The notes beneath the pieces were generated by a model. The model searched no databases. It saw only the letters and a program-made list of their open reading frames with translations, and was not told the DNA's origin. The position numbers and the translations under genes are program-made. Shown piece after piece: positions 15,430 through 24,637 of a DNA stretch of 32,000 nt (positions within the stretch are counted from its first letter, which is position 1; every line of letters starts with the position of its first letter). Location: NCBI GenBank assembly GCA_028276785.1, contig JAPYVP010000004.1, forward strand, positions 1 through 32,000, in the 5' to 3' direction. Source of the DNA: Candidatus Nanopusillus sp. (GTDB lineage Archaea > Nanobdellota > Nanobdellia > Nanobdellales > Nanobdellaceae).

Positions 15430-16347
15430 TCAGCTGGATACTAAAGGTTGCAATATACTATTAAATAAATTATATGGCAGAGCTCCTGAAAATACAAACA
15501 TTATATAATTATAATCCTCTGTTGTATATACTGAAGGACTTAATCCATATTGTCTTAATTGATTTAATACATTATTAACTTGTTGAACTGTTTGGAATGT
15601 AATTGAAGATGTCTTTACAACTACCATAAATGATGGAGTTCCTCCAATTCCATATGTACTACTATAATAATTTAATTCACTATTTATCTGATTATAATAT
15701 TTTGAACTATTTACACATGATTCAATTTTATTAACATCCAATCCTAAAGATTGTGCCTTTTTATTAAATTCTCTATATACATCTTGTTGACTTGGTAAAG
15801 TACTCCAAGACACTCCTTGCATTTGATTATACCAGGTCCAGTTTGAAAATTTATCCCATGTTTCAAATCCATATAATTTGTATACGCATGTTAAATATTG
15901 TGCTGTTAGATTTGCATATGGATGTATCTGATATAATGGAAAATTAACAAATACCCATGCTATCTTTCCATTGTCTATATAATTTTGTCTAATTTGTGAG
16001 AATGTTTGTAAGTGAAATAGATCACAATATGGACATTGAAAATCGGAAAATTCATATACAATAACATTTACATTATTTGGATTTCCATATACCGGATCTA
16101 TATCAGAAATATTTGGCAATGGTGCCTGTGGTAATGTTTGCAAATATGCCTGCAATTGATTTGAAGAACTACTAGATGATCCATATATTTTTATATTCGA
16201 TATTGAATTGGCTATGACATAAGATCCCATAATTACTGAGATCGCCAAAATTATAAATCCAATTATTATTGATTTCTCCACAGTAATATTAAACTTCCAT
16301 TCCTTCTTTTCATTATTTTCTTTATTTTTTTCTTTTTCTATTTCCAT
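15430..16347 (-). CDS. Membrane-anchored DsbA-like thiol:disulfide oxidoreductase (thioredoxin fold, CPYC)
   Basis: A K/E-rich N-terminus, one TM helix (IIIGFIILAISVIMGSYVI) and a Ser-rich linker, then VYEFSDFQCPYCDLFH (CxxC) and the cis-Pro motif GIGGTPSF, typical of the DsbA/Thioredoxin_4 family. A TATA (AAATATAAAT, 16370-16379) lies at -32 to -23. Confidence 0.78.
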   Translation of the reverse strand: MEIEKEKNKENNEKKEWKFNITVEKSIIIGFIILAISVIMGSYVIANSISNIKIYGSSSSSSNQLQAYLQTLPQAPLPNISDIDPVYGNPNNVNVIVYEFSDFQCPYCDLFHLQTFSQIRQNYIDNGKIAWVFVNFPLYQIHPYANLTAQYLTCVYKLYGFETWDKFSNWTWYNQMQGVSWSTLPSQQDVYREFNKKAQSLGLDVNKIESCVNSSKYYNQINSELNYYSSTYGIGGTPSFMVVVKTSSITFQTVQQVNNVLNQLRQYGLSPSVYTTEDYNYIMFVFSGALPYNLFNSILQPLVSS

Positions 16348-16386
16348 TTAGAATATCTTAATAAGAAAGATTTATATTTGTTTAAA

Positions 16387-16530
16387 TTACTTACTTTCAA
16401 GTAAATAAAATATCCCCATTATAAATGGTATTATTGATAGACTTATTGAATATGTTAATAGATAAGTCAAAACTCCCAAAAAGATTATTATTCCAAATAT
16501 TATCATATCTTTTTTATTTATTTTTATCAT
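16387..16530 (-). CDS. 47-aa hydrophobic mini-protein (hypothetical)
   Basis: Below the ORF-track cut-off. My hand translation is MIKINKKDMIIFGIIIFLGVLTYLLTYSISLSIIPFIMGIFYLLESK. A TATA (TATATAAAA, 16552-16560) lies at -30 to -22 from its ATG. It is immediately upstream of, and co-oriented with, the DsbA-like gene. Confidence 0.42.
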   Translation of the reverse strand: MIKINKKDMIIFGIIIFLGVLTYLLTYSISLSIIPFIMGIFYLLESK

Positions 16531-16551
16531 GAATATTGTTTTATAGAAACA

Positions 16552-16579
16552 TTTTATATACTTTTTTAAATATATAAAA
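16552..16579. promoter_or_regulatory. Back-to-back divergent TATA boxes (for the 47-aa ORF on the minus strand and ileS on the plus strand)
   Basis: The minus-strand TATATAAAA (16552-16560) lies at -30 to -22 from ATG 16530. The plus-strand atatataaaa (16570-16579) lies at -31 to -22 from ATG 16601. Confidence 0.5.
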
Positions 16580-16600
16580 TTATGGTAGAATATCGGATCT

Positions 16601-19600
16601 ATGAACGTAAATTGGAATAGAAATATAGAAGAGGAGATAAAAAAATTCTGGAAAGAAAATTATATATATGAAAAATGGGTTTTAAAGAATGAGAAAAATA
16701 AAAAATATATATTTCTAGAGGGTCCACCATATACAACTGGTTCTCCACATATGGGACATGCATATAATAGAACAATTAAAGATATTGTATTGAGATATTA
16801 CCAAAAGAAAGGATTTAATGTGTGGAATCAGGCTGGTTTTGATATGCACGGATTGCCAATTGAAGTAAAAGTTGAAGAAAAATTAAAGATTAGGGATAAA
16901 AGAGAGATAGAGAAAATTGGTGTTGATAAATTTATTAGAGAATGTTTTAACTTTGCGTATGGATCAATGAAAGAATTTACAAAATTTTACGAAGATATGG
17001 CACACTGGCAAGATATAGATAATCCATATTTACCAATTAAGAATGAGTTTATTGAAAAAGTATGGGAAGCATTAGCAAAAGGTTATGAAAATAAGCTAAT
17101 ATATAAAGAAAAGAAGCCTGTTTGGTGGTGTCCTCATTGTCAAACATCATTATCAAAACAAGAAATAGATTTGGGATATGAAGATCCTTTATATAAAAAA
17201 GAGATTTCAAACTCAATCTATGTAAAATTTAAGTCAAAAGATATGGAAAATACATATTATATAATTTGGACAACAACTCCATGGACTTTATTATATAATT
17301 TGGGTATTATGGTAAATCCAGAATTAAAATATGTAAAAATAAAAGTTCCAAAGATATACATTGAAGAACTAGAAGTAGATTATAATAATCATAAAATTAT
17401 AAAAATGAATATAAAGAGAGAAAATAGTTATGAATATTGGATTGTTGCGAAAGATGCATTAGAAAAAATAATGAGTAAATTAAATATTGAATATGAAATA
17501 GTAGATGAATTTTATGGAAAAGATTTAGAATTTAAAGAATACGAACCTTTGTTCCGTGATGAATTAAAAGATTATATAGAAAAGTTTAAATCTGAAAGTA
17601 GTGGAATATTTAGGATTTGGTTATCTAAAGAATATGTAAATACTCAAGAAGGTACTGGTTTAGTCCATTCAGCCCCGGGCTGTGGTTTTGAAGATTATGA
17701 AGTTGCTAAAAAATATAATGTTCCACCATTCAATACAACTGATGAAACAGGAACTATTTTAGATATAAAATATTTTGAAGGATGGGTTGCAAAGAAAGAT
17801 GATTATAAATTTATATTAGAAGTATTAAAGAAGAAAGCCCTGGTATACTTTGAATGGTATGAACATGATTATCCAATATGTTGGAGATGTAGAAATAGAG
17901 TAATTGTTAGATCTCCAGAACAAATATTCATTAATATATCTTTAATAAAACCAAAAGCATTATTAGATATTGAAAATGTTAATTTTGTACCTGAAGCAGC
18001 AAAAAATGCATTTATAAATATTGTAAAATCCGCACCAGATTGGGTAATATCTAGACAAAGATATTGGGGAATTCCAATACCAATGTGGGTTGATAAAAAT
18101 GGACATGTAAAATTTGTTAGAAATGTTGAAGAATTGGAAAAATTAACTGGACATAAATTTAAGGAAATAATAATAGTAATAAAGTTTACAGATTATGCTG
18201 AAAAATTATTGTCAAGATATTTTAAAGAAAATAAAATATATTATGAGGATGAAATAAATGATATAAATAAACTCTACGAGATATTTAATAAATATGAAAA
18301 CAAATCCATAGTAATTGTAAATAAGTTTAAAGAAGATATATTAAACCAGGTAAATGATCTATACTATGTAAGAACATATGGGTCAAGAGATTACGAAATA
18401 ATATATTTATATAATTACAATTTACATAGACCATATGTAGATAAATTTACATTCAAATGTGAAAAATGTGGAGAAGAAATGAAAAGAATTCCAGATATAT
18501 TAGATGTATGGGTTGATTCTGGTTCAGCAACAGTTGCAACAGATATATATCCCGTAGATTTCATAACAGAAAATTATGACCAAATTAAGGGATGGTTTTA
18601 TTCTTTAGCAATGATTGGAGAATTATATTACAACAATATACCATATAAAAATGTATATGTTGGTGGATATGTTTTAGATGCATATGGAAGAAAAATGTCA
18701 AAATCTTTAGGAAATGCTGTTTCTCCATATGATATAATTAATAAGTATGGGGCGGATACTATGAGATTATATTTAGGATCTATTGTAGAAGCTTATGAGG
18801 ATATAAAATTAAAATGGGAAGATATAAAAGTAAAATATCAGGTATTAAATATATTATTAAATATTTCAACATATTTAGAAGAATATTCTAAATATTACAA
18901 TATAAATCCAGCAAAAGTAAATGTAGAAAATTTAAGATGGGAAGATAAATATATGTTACATTTCATAGAAAAAAGCAAAAAAGAGATATACAATGCGTTA
19001 GATAATTATTTAATATGGAAAGCTGGAAGAATATTACAAGATATGATACTAGAATTATCAAGATTTTATATAAAAGCAACAAGAGAAAGAATAAAGAGAG
19101 AACCTGAAAAAGTATTATTTGTAATATATAAATCTCTATATAATATAATAAATATAGGATCTATTATAGTTCCATTTATTTCCGAATATATCTATCAAAA
19201 ATTGAGAAATTTATACAAATTGGAAGGTGAATCAATAATTTTAGAAGACTTACCAAAAGTTGAAGAACAACATATAAATGAAAAAATAGAAAAAGAATAT
19301 GAACTATTTAATATAATTGTTGAAAATGCATTAAAACTAAGAAATATGATAAATATAAATATAAGAAGGCCATTGAAAACATTATATTTATATAAAGATG
19401 ATGGAGGCATTTTATTTGAAATTTTAAATAATAATGATATTGTAGAATTATTAAAAGATTACTTGAATGTAAAAGAAATAAAGATTGATAATGTAGAAAA
19501 GGATTATGTAACTGCACAAACCGATTACGGAGTTATAAAAATAGGGTTCGATATTAAATATTATCCAGAATTGGAAGAAGAATGGTTATATAGAGAAATA

Positions 19601-19828
19601 AGAAGGAGATTACAAGATATAAGAAAGGAAAACAAATTAAGAAAAGGTCAAAAGGCAAATATAGAAATATACGCTGATGAAAAGCTATTAAATATAATAA
19701 GAAAATATAAAGATATCTTAGAAAAGGATACAGATACCATAATAATAATAAAGGACTCAAGAGATGGTTTAAACAATGTAGAAAGAATATATGAAATGAG
19801 TATATATTATAGGCTAAATATTTTATAA
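16601..19828 (+). CDS. ileS: Isoleucyl-tRNA synthetase
   Basis: PPYTTGSPHMGHAYN (HIGH), GFDMHGLPIE, WTTTPWTL, ISRQRYWGIPIP and KMSKSLGN. The HGLPIE and WTTTPWT motifs favour IleRS over ValRS or LeuRS. Confidence 0.9.
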   Translation: MNVNWNRNIEEEIKKFWKENYIYEKWVLKNEKNKKYIFLEGPPYTTGSPHMGHAYNRTIKDIVLRYYQKKGFNVWNQAGFDMHGLPIEVKVEEKLKIRDKREIEKIGVDKFIRECFNFAYGSMKEFTKFYEDMAHWQDIDNPYLPIKNEFIEKVWEALAKGYENKLIYKEKKPVWWCPHCQTSLSKQEIDLGYEDPLYKKEISNSIYVKFKSKDMENTYYIIWTTTPWTLLYNLGIMVNPELKYVKIKVPKIYIEELEVDYNNHKIIKMNIKRENSYEYWIVAKDALEKIMSKLNIEYEIVDEFYGKDLEFKEYEPLFRDELKDYIEKFKSESSGIFRIWLSKEYVNTQEGTGLVHSAPGCGFEDYEVAKKYNVPPFNTTDETGTILDIKYFEGWVAKKDDYKFILEVLKKKALVYFEWYEHDYPICWRCRNRVIVRSPEQIFINISLIKPKALLDIENVNFVPEAAKNAFINIVKSAPDWVISRQRYWGIPIPMWVDKNGHVKFVRNVEELEKLTGHKFKEIIIVIKFTDYAEKLLSRYFKENKIYYEDEINDINKLYEIFNKYENKSIVIVNKFKEDILNQVNDLYYVRTYGSRDYEIIYLYNYNLHRPYVDKFTFKCEKCGEEMKRIPDILDVWVDSGSATVATDIYPVDFITENYDQIKGWFYSLAMIGELYYNNIPYKNVYVGGYVLDAYGRKMSKSLGNAVSPYDIINKYGADTMRLYLGSIVEAYEDIKLKWEDIKVKYQVLNILLNISTYLEEYSKYYNINPAKVNVENLRWEDKYMLHFIEKSKKEIYNALDNYLIWKAGRILQDMILELSRFYIKATRERIKREPEKVLFVIYKSLYNIINIGSIIVPFISEYIYQKLRNLYKLEGESIILEDLPKVEEQHINEKIEKEYELFNIIVENALKLRNMININIRRPLKTLYLYKDDGGILFEILNNNDIVELLKDYLNVKEIKIDNVEKDYVTAQTDYGVIKIGFDIKYYPELEEEWLYREIRRRLQDIRKENKLRKGQKANIEIYADEKLLNIIRKYKDILEKDTDTIIIIKDSRDGLNNVERIYEMSIYYRLNIL

Positions 19829-19850
19829 GTTTTTATTAGATTTATTAAAA

Positions 19851-20444
19851 ATGGTTACATGGGAGATATCGAACGCCGTTGTTACAATATATTTTAATGT
19901 AAGGTTACCATTAGATAAAATTGCAAATTTAATTCCTTATGCTCAATATGATCCAGAAACCTTTCCTGGATTGATTATACCATTAAAGGGGGGCGGAGGT
20001 AAAGAAGAAAATATTAAAGCACTAGTATTTAATAGTGGAACAATAAATATATCTGGAATAAAAAGATTAGAAGATATAGAATATGTAGCAAAAAAATTAA
20101 GAGAATTATTTAAACAAATTGATATAGAACTTCCAAAAGATTATAAAATAAAGGTACAAAACATTGTTGTAAATGGAAAATTTGATTATGATAATATAGA
20201 TATAGTAAGATTGGCAGATGAAGTACCAGATTCTCAATATAATCCAGAAGCTTTCCCAGCTGTTACTGTTGTGTTTGATGTATCTGAAAATTATAGAGTA
20301 AAATTTAACGTATTCAAAAATGGAAAATTTGTATGTCCTGGATTAAAGGGAGAATTTAATAGTTTTGATGAAATTAGACGACATGTAGATTATGTATTAA
20401 ATTCATTCCAAGAAAAAGTAATAAAAAAATATGCGAAAAAATAG
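19851..20444 (+). CDS. tbp: TATA-box binding protein (divergent)
   Basis: There are two internal repeats. Repeat 1 reads YDPETFPGLIIPLK...ALVFNSGTINISGIK. Repeat 2 reads VQNIVVNGKF...YNPEAFPAVTVVF...FNVFKNGKFVCPGLK. The 197-aa length fits. Confidence 0.8.
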   Translation: MVTWEISNAVVTIYFNVRLPLDKIANLIPYAQYDPETFPGLIIPLKGGGGKEENIKALVFNSGTINISGIKRLEDIEYVAKKLRELFKQIDIELPKDYKIKVQNIVVNGKFDYDNIDIVRLADEVPDSQYNPEAFPAVTVVFDVSENYRVKFNVFKNGKFVCPGLKGEFNSFDEIRRHVDYVLNSFQEKVIKKYAKK

Positions 20445-20475
20445 CTTATAAATATATTTTATTATACATAAAACT

Positions 20476-21093
20476 ATGACAGAATCGTCGGGAACAACAA
20501 TTGTTGCAATAAAATTTAAGGATGGGGTATTAATTGCATCGGATAAACAATCAACGGCAGGAATGCTAGTATATCATAAGAAAGTACAAAAATTACATCA
20601 AATTACCGATAATATATTAATGGGGGCTGCTGGTTTAGTTGGTGATATTCAAGCTTTAGTAAAGATATTACAGGCAAACTTAAAATTAAAATATTTGAGA
20701 TCAAAAAACGAACCAACTGCAGAGGAAGCCGCAAATTTTCTAGCTACATTAATGAACTATTATAAATGGTTCCCATTCTTTTCAGAAGTAATAATTGTTG
20801 GAAAAGATAACAATGGTTATCATATATATTCAATAGATGAGGCGGGAGGATTAGAAAAATTTGATAACTTTACATCTACGGGTTCTGGAATGATGTTTGC
20901 TTTAGGTGTATTAGAAGCAGAATATAAAGAGAATATGAGTGAAGAAGAAGCAAAAGAATTAGCAAAAAAAGCAGTATTATCAGCTATAAAAAGAGATTTG
21001 GGATCTGGATATGGCATTGAGATTTGGACATTAACAAAAGAAGGATTAAAGAAGGAGCTTTATGAGGTAAAAGAAGAATTGCAGAAAAAATAA
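20476..21093 (+). CDS. psmB: Proteasome beta subunit
   Basis: A short propeptide MTESSG is followed by the catalytic Thr in TTIVAIKFKDGVLIASDKQST. The GSG motif is FTSTGSGMMFA. Confidence 0.92.
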   Translation: MTESSGTTIVAIKFKDGVLIASDKQSTAGMLVYHKKVQKLHQITDNILMGAAGLVGDIQALVKILQANLKLKYLRSKNEPTAEEAANFLATLMNYYKWFPFFSEVIIVGKDNNGYHIYSIDEAGGLEKFDNFTSTGSGMMFALGVLEAEYKENMSEEEAKELAKKAVLSAIKRDLGSGYGIEIWTLTKEGLKKELYEVKEELQKK

Positions 21094-21138
21094 TTTTTTA
21101 AATTTTATAATTAATTATAAAAGGTATTTACATTATTT

Positions 21139-22992
21139 ATGATGAACATTAAAGAAGAATTATTAAAGGAATTCCAATCAAAGGATATAAATAAGATAAT
21201 ATTTGAAGGACCAAAGATAGTGATATATGTAAACAATGTAGATTTATTTATTAGAGGAATTGAAATAGGAAAAAATTTTGCACAAAAATATAAAAAAAGG
21301 ATAGAAATAAGGGTAAATCCAAAATTATTGAGGGGAGAAGAATATATTAAAGAAAAAGTAAAGGAAATATTAAATGGAATAAAAATAAAGGATGTTTATC
21401 TTGAAAAACATAGATCTACATTATATATTGAAACTTATGAACCAGAAAAAATTGATTTAAATTTAATAAATAAATTAAGGGAAGAAACTCTATGTAATAT
21501 TATAATACAAAGAGCTCCATTAAAATCCTCAAAAATAATAAATGTTGTTAGGGCATATTTACATAAAAATTCTTTGTATAAATCTGAATTTTTAAATAAA
21601 GTTGGAGAAAAAATATTAGAAAGAAAACCACAAAGGTTAGATCATTATAGAATTGCTTTTTTAGGTGCTGGAAGGGAGGTTGGAAGGTCTTCATTTTTAT
21701 TACAAACAAGGGAAAGTAATATTTTATTAGATTGTGGCCTAGGTGCTGGAAATTATTCAGAAGATAGATATCCAATGTTAAATATACCAGAATTTGATAT
21801 ACAAAATTTGGATGCTGTAATTATTTCACATGCACATTTAGATCATGTAGGATTTATCCCATACTTATTTAGAATTGGATGGAGAGGACCGGTTTATTTA
21901 ACAGAACCAACAAGAGATGTTGCGGCTTTAGTTTTATTAGATTATTTAAAAGTGAGCAATAAACAGAGCAAAAATCCAATATTTACAACAAAAGAAATTA
22001 AATTATTTTTAAAACATTCTATTACATTAAATTATTCTGAAGTAACGGATATAACCAGTGACATAAAGATATCATTTCATAATGCAAATCATATAATTGG
22101 ATCTTCAATGGTTCATATAAACATTGAAGGAAAACATAACATACTATATACCGGAGATTATAAATTCAATAAAATGCCTTTATTAGAAAGACCGAACACC
22201 ATATATCAAAGATTAGAAACGTTAATAATTGAAAGTACATATGGGGGGTTTAATGATAAACATCCATCAAGAGAAGAAACTGAAGCATTATTTATTCATG
22301 ATATAAAAGAAACAATTGAAAGGGGAGGAAAAGTATTAATACCAGTATTAGCAGTAGGAAGAGGACAAGATGTTTTATTAACATTAATAAATGCAATTGA
22401 AAATAAAATATTGCCAGAAGTAAATATATATTTAGAAGGAATTGTTTGGGAAACATCGATGATTCATACAGCATATCCAGAATTTTTAAGTAAAGAAATT
22501 AAAGAAAAAATAGAATCTGGAAAAAATCCTTTTGAAAGAGAAAATGTAATAAGAGCAAGTAAACATGAAAGAGAACAAATTATGACATCTAATGAGCCTT
22601 CAATAATAATTGCAACTTCTGGTATGATGCAGGGAGGTCCCATACTGGATTATTTTAGTTATGCTGCAGAAGATGAAAAAAATTTATTAGCTTTCGTTTC
22701 ATATCAGGCACAGGGTACTTTGGGTAGAACAATATTAGATGGTCAAAGAGAGATTGTACTAAATGATAGAAAAATAAATGTAAAAATGAAAGTAAATAGA
22801 TATGAAGGTTTTTCTGGTCATGCAGATCATTTTGAAGCAATATCTTTTATTAAATATTTAAGACCAAAACCAAAACAAGTTATTACAGTACATGGTGAAA
22901 TTCCAAAACCATATGAACTATCATCAAAGATATATAAAAAATTTGGAATATATTCATATGCTCCAAAAAATGGTGATATAATTAGATTATAA
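21139..22992 (+). CDS. aCPSF1: aCPSF1-type beta-CASP ribonuclease (KH domains, metallo-beta-lactamase and beta-CASP)
   Basis: A KH-like N-terminal region, the MBL motif ISHAHLDHVG, downstream beta-CASP motifs and the C-terminal HGE. It is adjacent to the proteasome beta subunit, a frequent arrangement in archaea. Confidence 0.9.
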   Translation: MMNIKEELLKEFQSKDINKIIFEGPKIVIYVNNVDLFIRGIEIGKNFAQKYKKRIEIRVNPKLLRGEEYIKEKVKEILNGIKIKDVYLEKHRSTLYIETYEPEKIDLNLINKLREETLCNIIIQRAPLKSSKIINVVRAYLHKNSLYKSEFLNKVGEKILERKPQRLDHYRIAFLGAGREVGRSSFLLQTRESNILLDCGLGAGNYSEDRYPMLNIPEFDIQNLDAVIISHAHLDHVGFIPYLFRIGWRGPVYLTEPTRDVAALVLLDYLKVSNKQSKNPIFTTKEIKLFLKHSITLNYSEVTDITSDIKISFHNANHIIGSSMVHINIEGKHNILYTGDYKFNKMPLLERPNTIYQRLETLIIESTYGGFNDKHPSREETEALFIHDIKETIERGGKVLIPVLAVGRGQDVLLTLINAIENKILPEVNIYLEGIVWETSMIHTAYPEFLSKEIKEKIESGKNPFERENVIRASKHEREQIMTSNEPSIIIATSGMMQGGPILDYFSYAAEDEKNLLAFVSYQAQGTLGRTILDGQREIVLNDRKINVKMKVNRYEGFSGHADHFEAISFIKYLRPKPKQVITVHGEIPKPYELSSKIYKKFGIYSYAPKNGDIIRL

Positions 22993-23014
22993 AATTTTTT
23001 TAAAAGAAGAATAA

Positions 23015-23629
23015 ATGATTAAAAAATATAGATATATTGCTATAGAGGGTATTGATGGATCTGGAAAAACAACAATTGCAAACTTATTATACAATGAATT
23101 ATCTAAAAAATATAATAAGGTAATATTAATGAAAGAACCATATGATAATGATTTATCTAAAAAAATAAAAGAAATAATTTCAAAAGAGCATGAAAAAAAT
23201 TTAGATTATGGATATCTATTGGCATTATTATTTACTGCAGATAGAAGTATAAAAAATATTGATTTAAAGAAATATTTAAGCACTGGTTATATTGTTATTT
23301 CTGATAGAAGTATTTACTCTACATTTTCTTATCAAATTTTATATGAAGGGATGGACATTGAATGGTTAAAATGTATATCAAAATATATAATTAGACCAGA
23401 TATTACATTTATATTAGATATTGATCCGAAAATTGCAATAGAGAGAATAAATTTAAGGAGTAAAAGTACTTCAAGTTATGAAAATGTTGAATTTCTAAAA
23501 AAGGTAAGAGAAAATTTCTTAAAGTTGAAGGAAATATTTCCAGAAGATAATATAATTTACATTAATGGAGAAGAAAAACCTGAAGAAATATTATATAAAA
23601 TATTAAATATAATTGAAAACTATATTTAA
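23015..23629 (+). CDS. tmk: Thymidylate kinase
   Basis: The P-loop reads IAIEGIDGSGKTT, with the DRS motif (ISDRSIYS) and a lid region. The 204-aa length fits. Confidence 0.9.
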   Translation: MIKKYRYIAIEGIDGSGKTTIANLLYNELSKKYNKVILMKEPYDNDLSKKIKEIISKEHEKNLDYGYLLALLFTADRSIKNIDLKKYLSTGYIVISDRSIYSTFSYQILYEGMDIEWLKCISKYIIRPDITFILDIDPKIAIERINLRSKSTSSYENVEFLKKVRENFLKLKEIFPEDNIIYINGEEKPEEILYKILNIIENYI

Positions 23630-23693
23630 GCATTATCTTATATTTAACCCCATATAAACTTTACTATTATATTTTATAAAGTTTCAAAAATCT

Positions 23694-24257
23694 CTAAATT
23701 AAAAATCTGAACAATTCAATTATTTTAATATTTGATATCAAAGGATTTAATAATTCAGAAAAATTAAAGATAGAACTAAAAAATAAGTAAAAAATATAAG
23801 ATAAAATTATAGAAAAGAATGCATCCGATAACCAGTGCTTTATAGTAATAATTCTTAATATTGGAGTTATTAATACCAAAATATTACCTGTTATTATAAA
23901 GGATAATGTTGCAATTATTGTATGTTCACTTGGAAAAGAGTGATTCTCATGAACCAATATAGCAAATCTTTTATCAAAGAAATAGTATGGTCTTTTTCTA
24001 CCAAATATTAATTTCAATAAATAAGTTATTGCTGTAGATATAATAAAAAGAAAAATATAGCCAAAATCGATGAAAAATACTATATATAAAATGAAATATA
24101 AATTTATTAAATATGAAATTGTATCAATTATATAAACAAGCACCAATTTATCTTTTAATTTTTTATAGAAATATTCTGATATTTTATAATCAATTATAAA
24201 TATTTTATTAAGCAATATTAAATTATTATTTCTCATAAATCTATTATACAAACCCAT
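23694..24257 (-). CDS. PAP2-family membrane phosphatase (candidate polyprenyl or dolichyl pyrophosphate phosphatase)
   Basis: The three PAP2 motifs appear in order: KLIFGRKRPY, SFPSEHT and IKHWLSDA. Multiple TM helices are present. Confidence 0.75.
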   Translation of the reverse strand: MGLYNRFMRNNNLILLNKIFIIDYKISEYFYKKLKDKLVLVYIIDTISYLINLYFILYIVFFIDFGYIFLFIISTAITYLLKLIFGRKRPYYFFDKRFAILVHENHSFPSEHTIIATLSFIITGNILVLITPILRIITIKHWLSDAFFSIILSYIFYLFFSSIFNFSELLNPLISNIKIIELFRFLI

Positions 24258-24344
24258 CTTTTATATAGTTATAGCCGTATTACCTAAAGATAAATATAAC
24301 CCATCACTTATGATTTATAGTTTATGAGTATTATCTAACTGTGT

Positions 24345-24443
24345 TGAAAACTTATAAATTTCAAAATAGCATATTATAGGAATCAATTTCTGAAATTAAT
24401 TTTTTGGCTATATATATACTACTTTGAAATTTATAAGTTTTCA
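24345..24443. repeat. 21-bp perfect inverted repeat (arms 24345-24365 and 24423-24443) separated by a 57-nt spacer
   Basis: The left arm tgaaaacttataaatttcaaa is the exact reverse complement of the right arm tttgaaatttataagttttca. The spacer contains a second small palindrome aatttc-t-gaaatt (24385-24397) followed by an oligo-T run. Confidence 0.85.
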
Positions 24444-24637
24444 TATAAGTTAAACATATAAATCTTTTTATTTTCAATTTATAAAATTTTGCTCATAGTA
24501 ATGAGAAATACATATATTAGTAGTTACGTAGGAATAGATAAATTCCACAAATGAAATAACTATTCCATAGTTGTATCACAAGTTGATATTAACAGATAAT
24601 AAAATTCTATCCAGAATTTTATGACTATATATAATTT

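Noticed and set aside
24345-24443. The 99-bp inverted-repeat unit as a MITE
   Set aside because: There is no obvious target-site duplication at the flanks (…gtgtt / tataa…) and no second copy of the 21-mer anywhere in this window. It is annotated as a repeat only.
24541-24560. TTCCACAAATGAAA as an origin recognition box, implying a replication origin in the 380-bp spacer
   Set aside because: There is only one partial half-site-like match. There is no inverted partner ORB, no adjacent orc1/cdc6 gene, and I cannot compute skew from a 32-kb window. I keep it as a testable possibility inside the spacer finding, not as a call.
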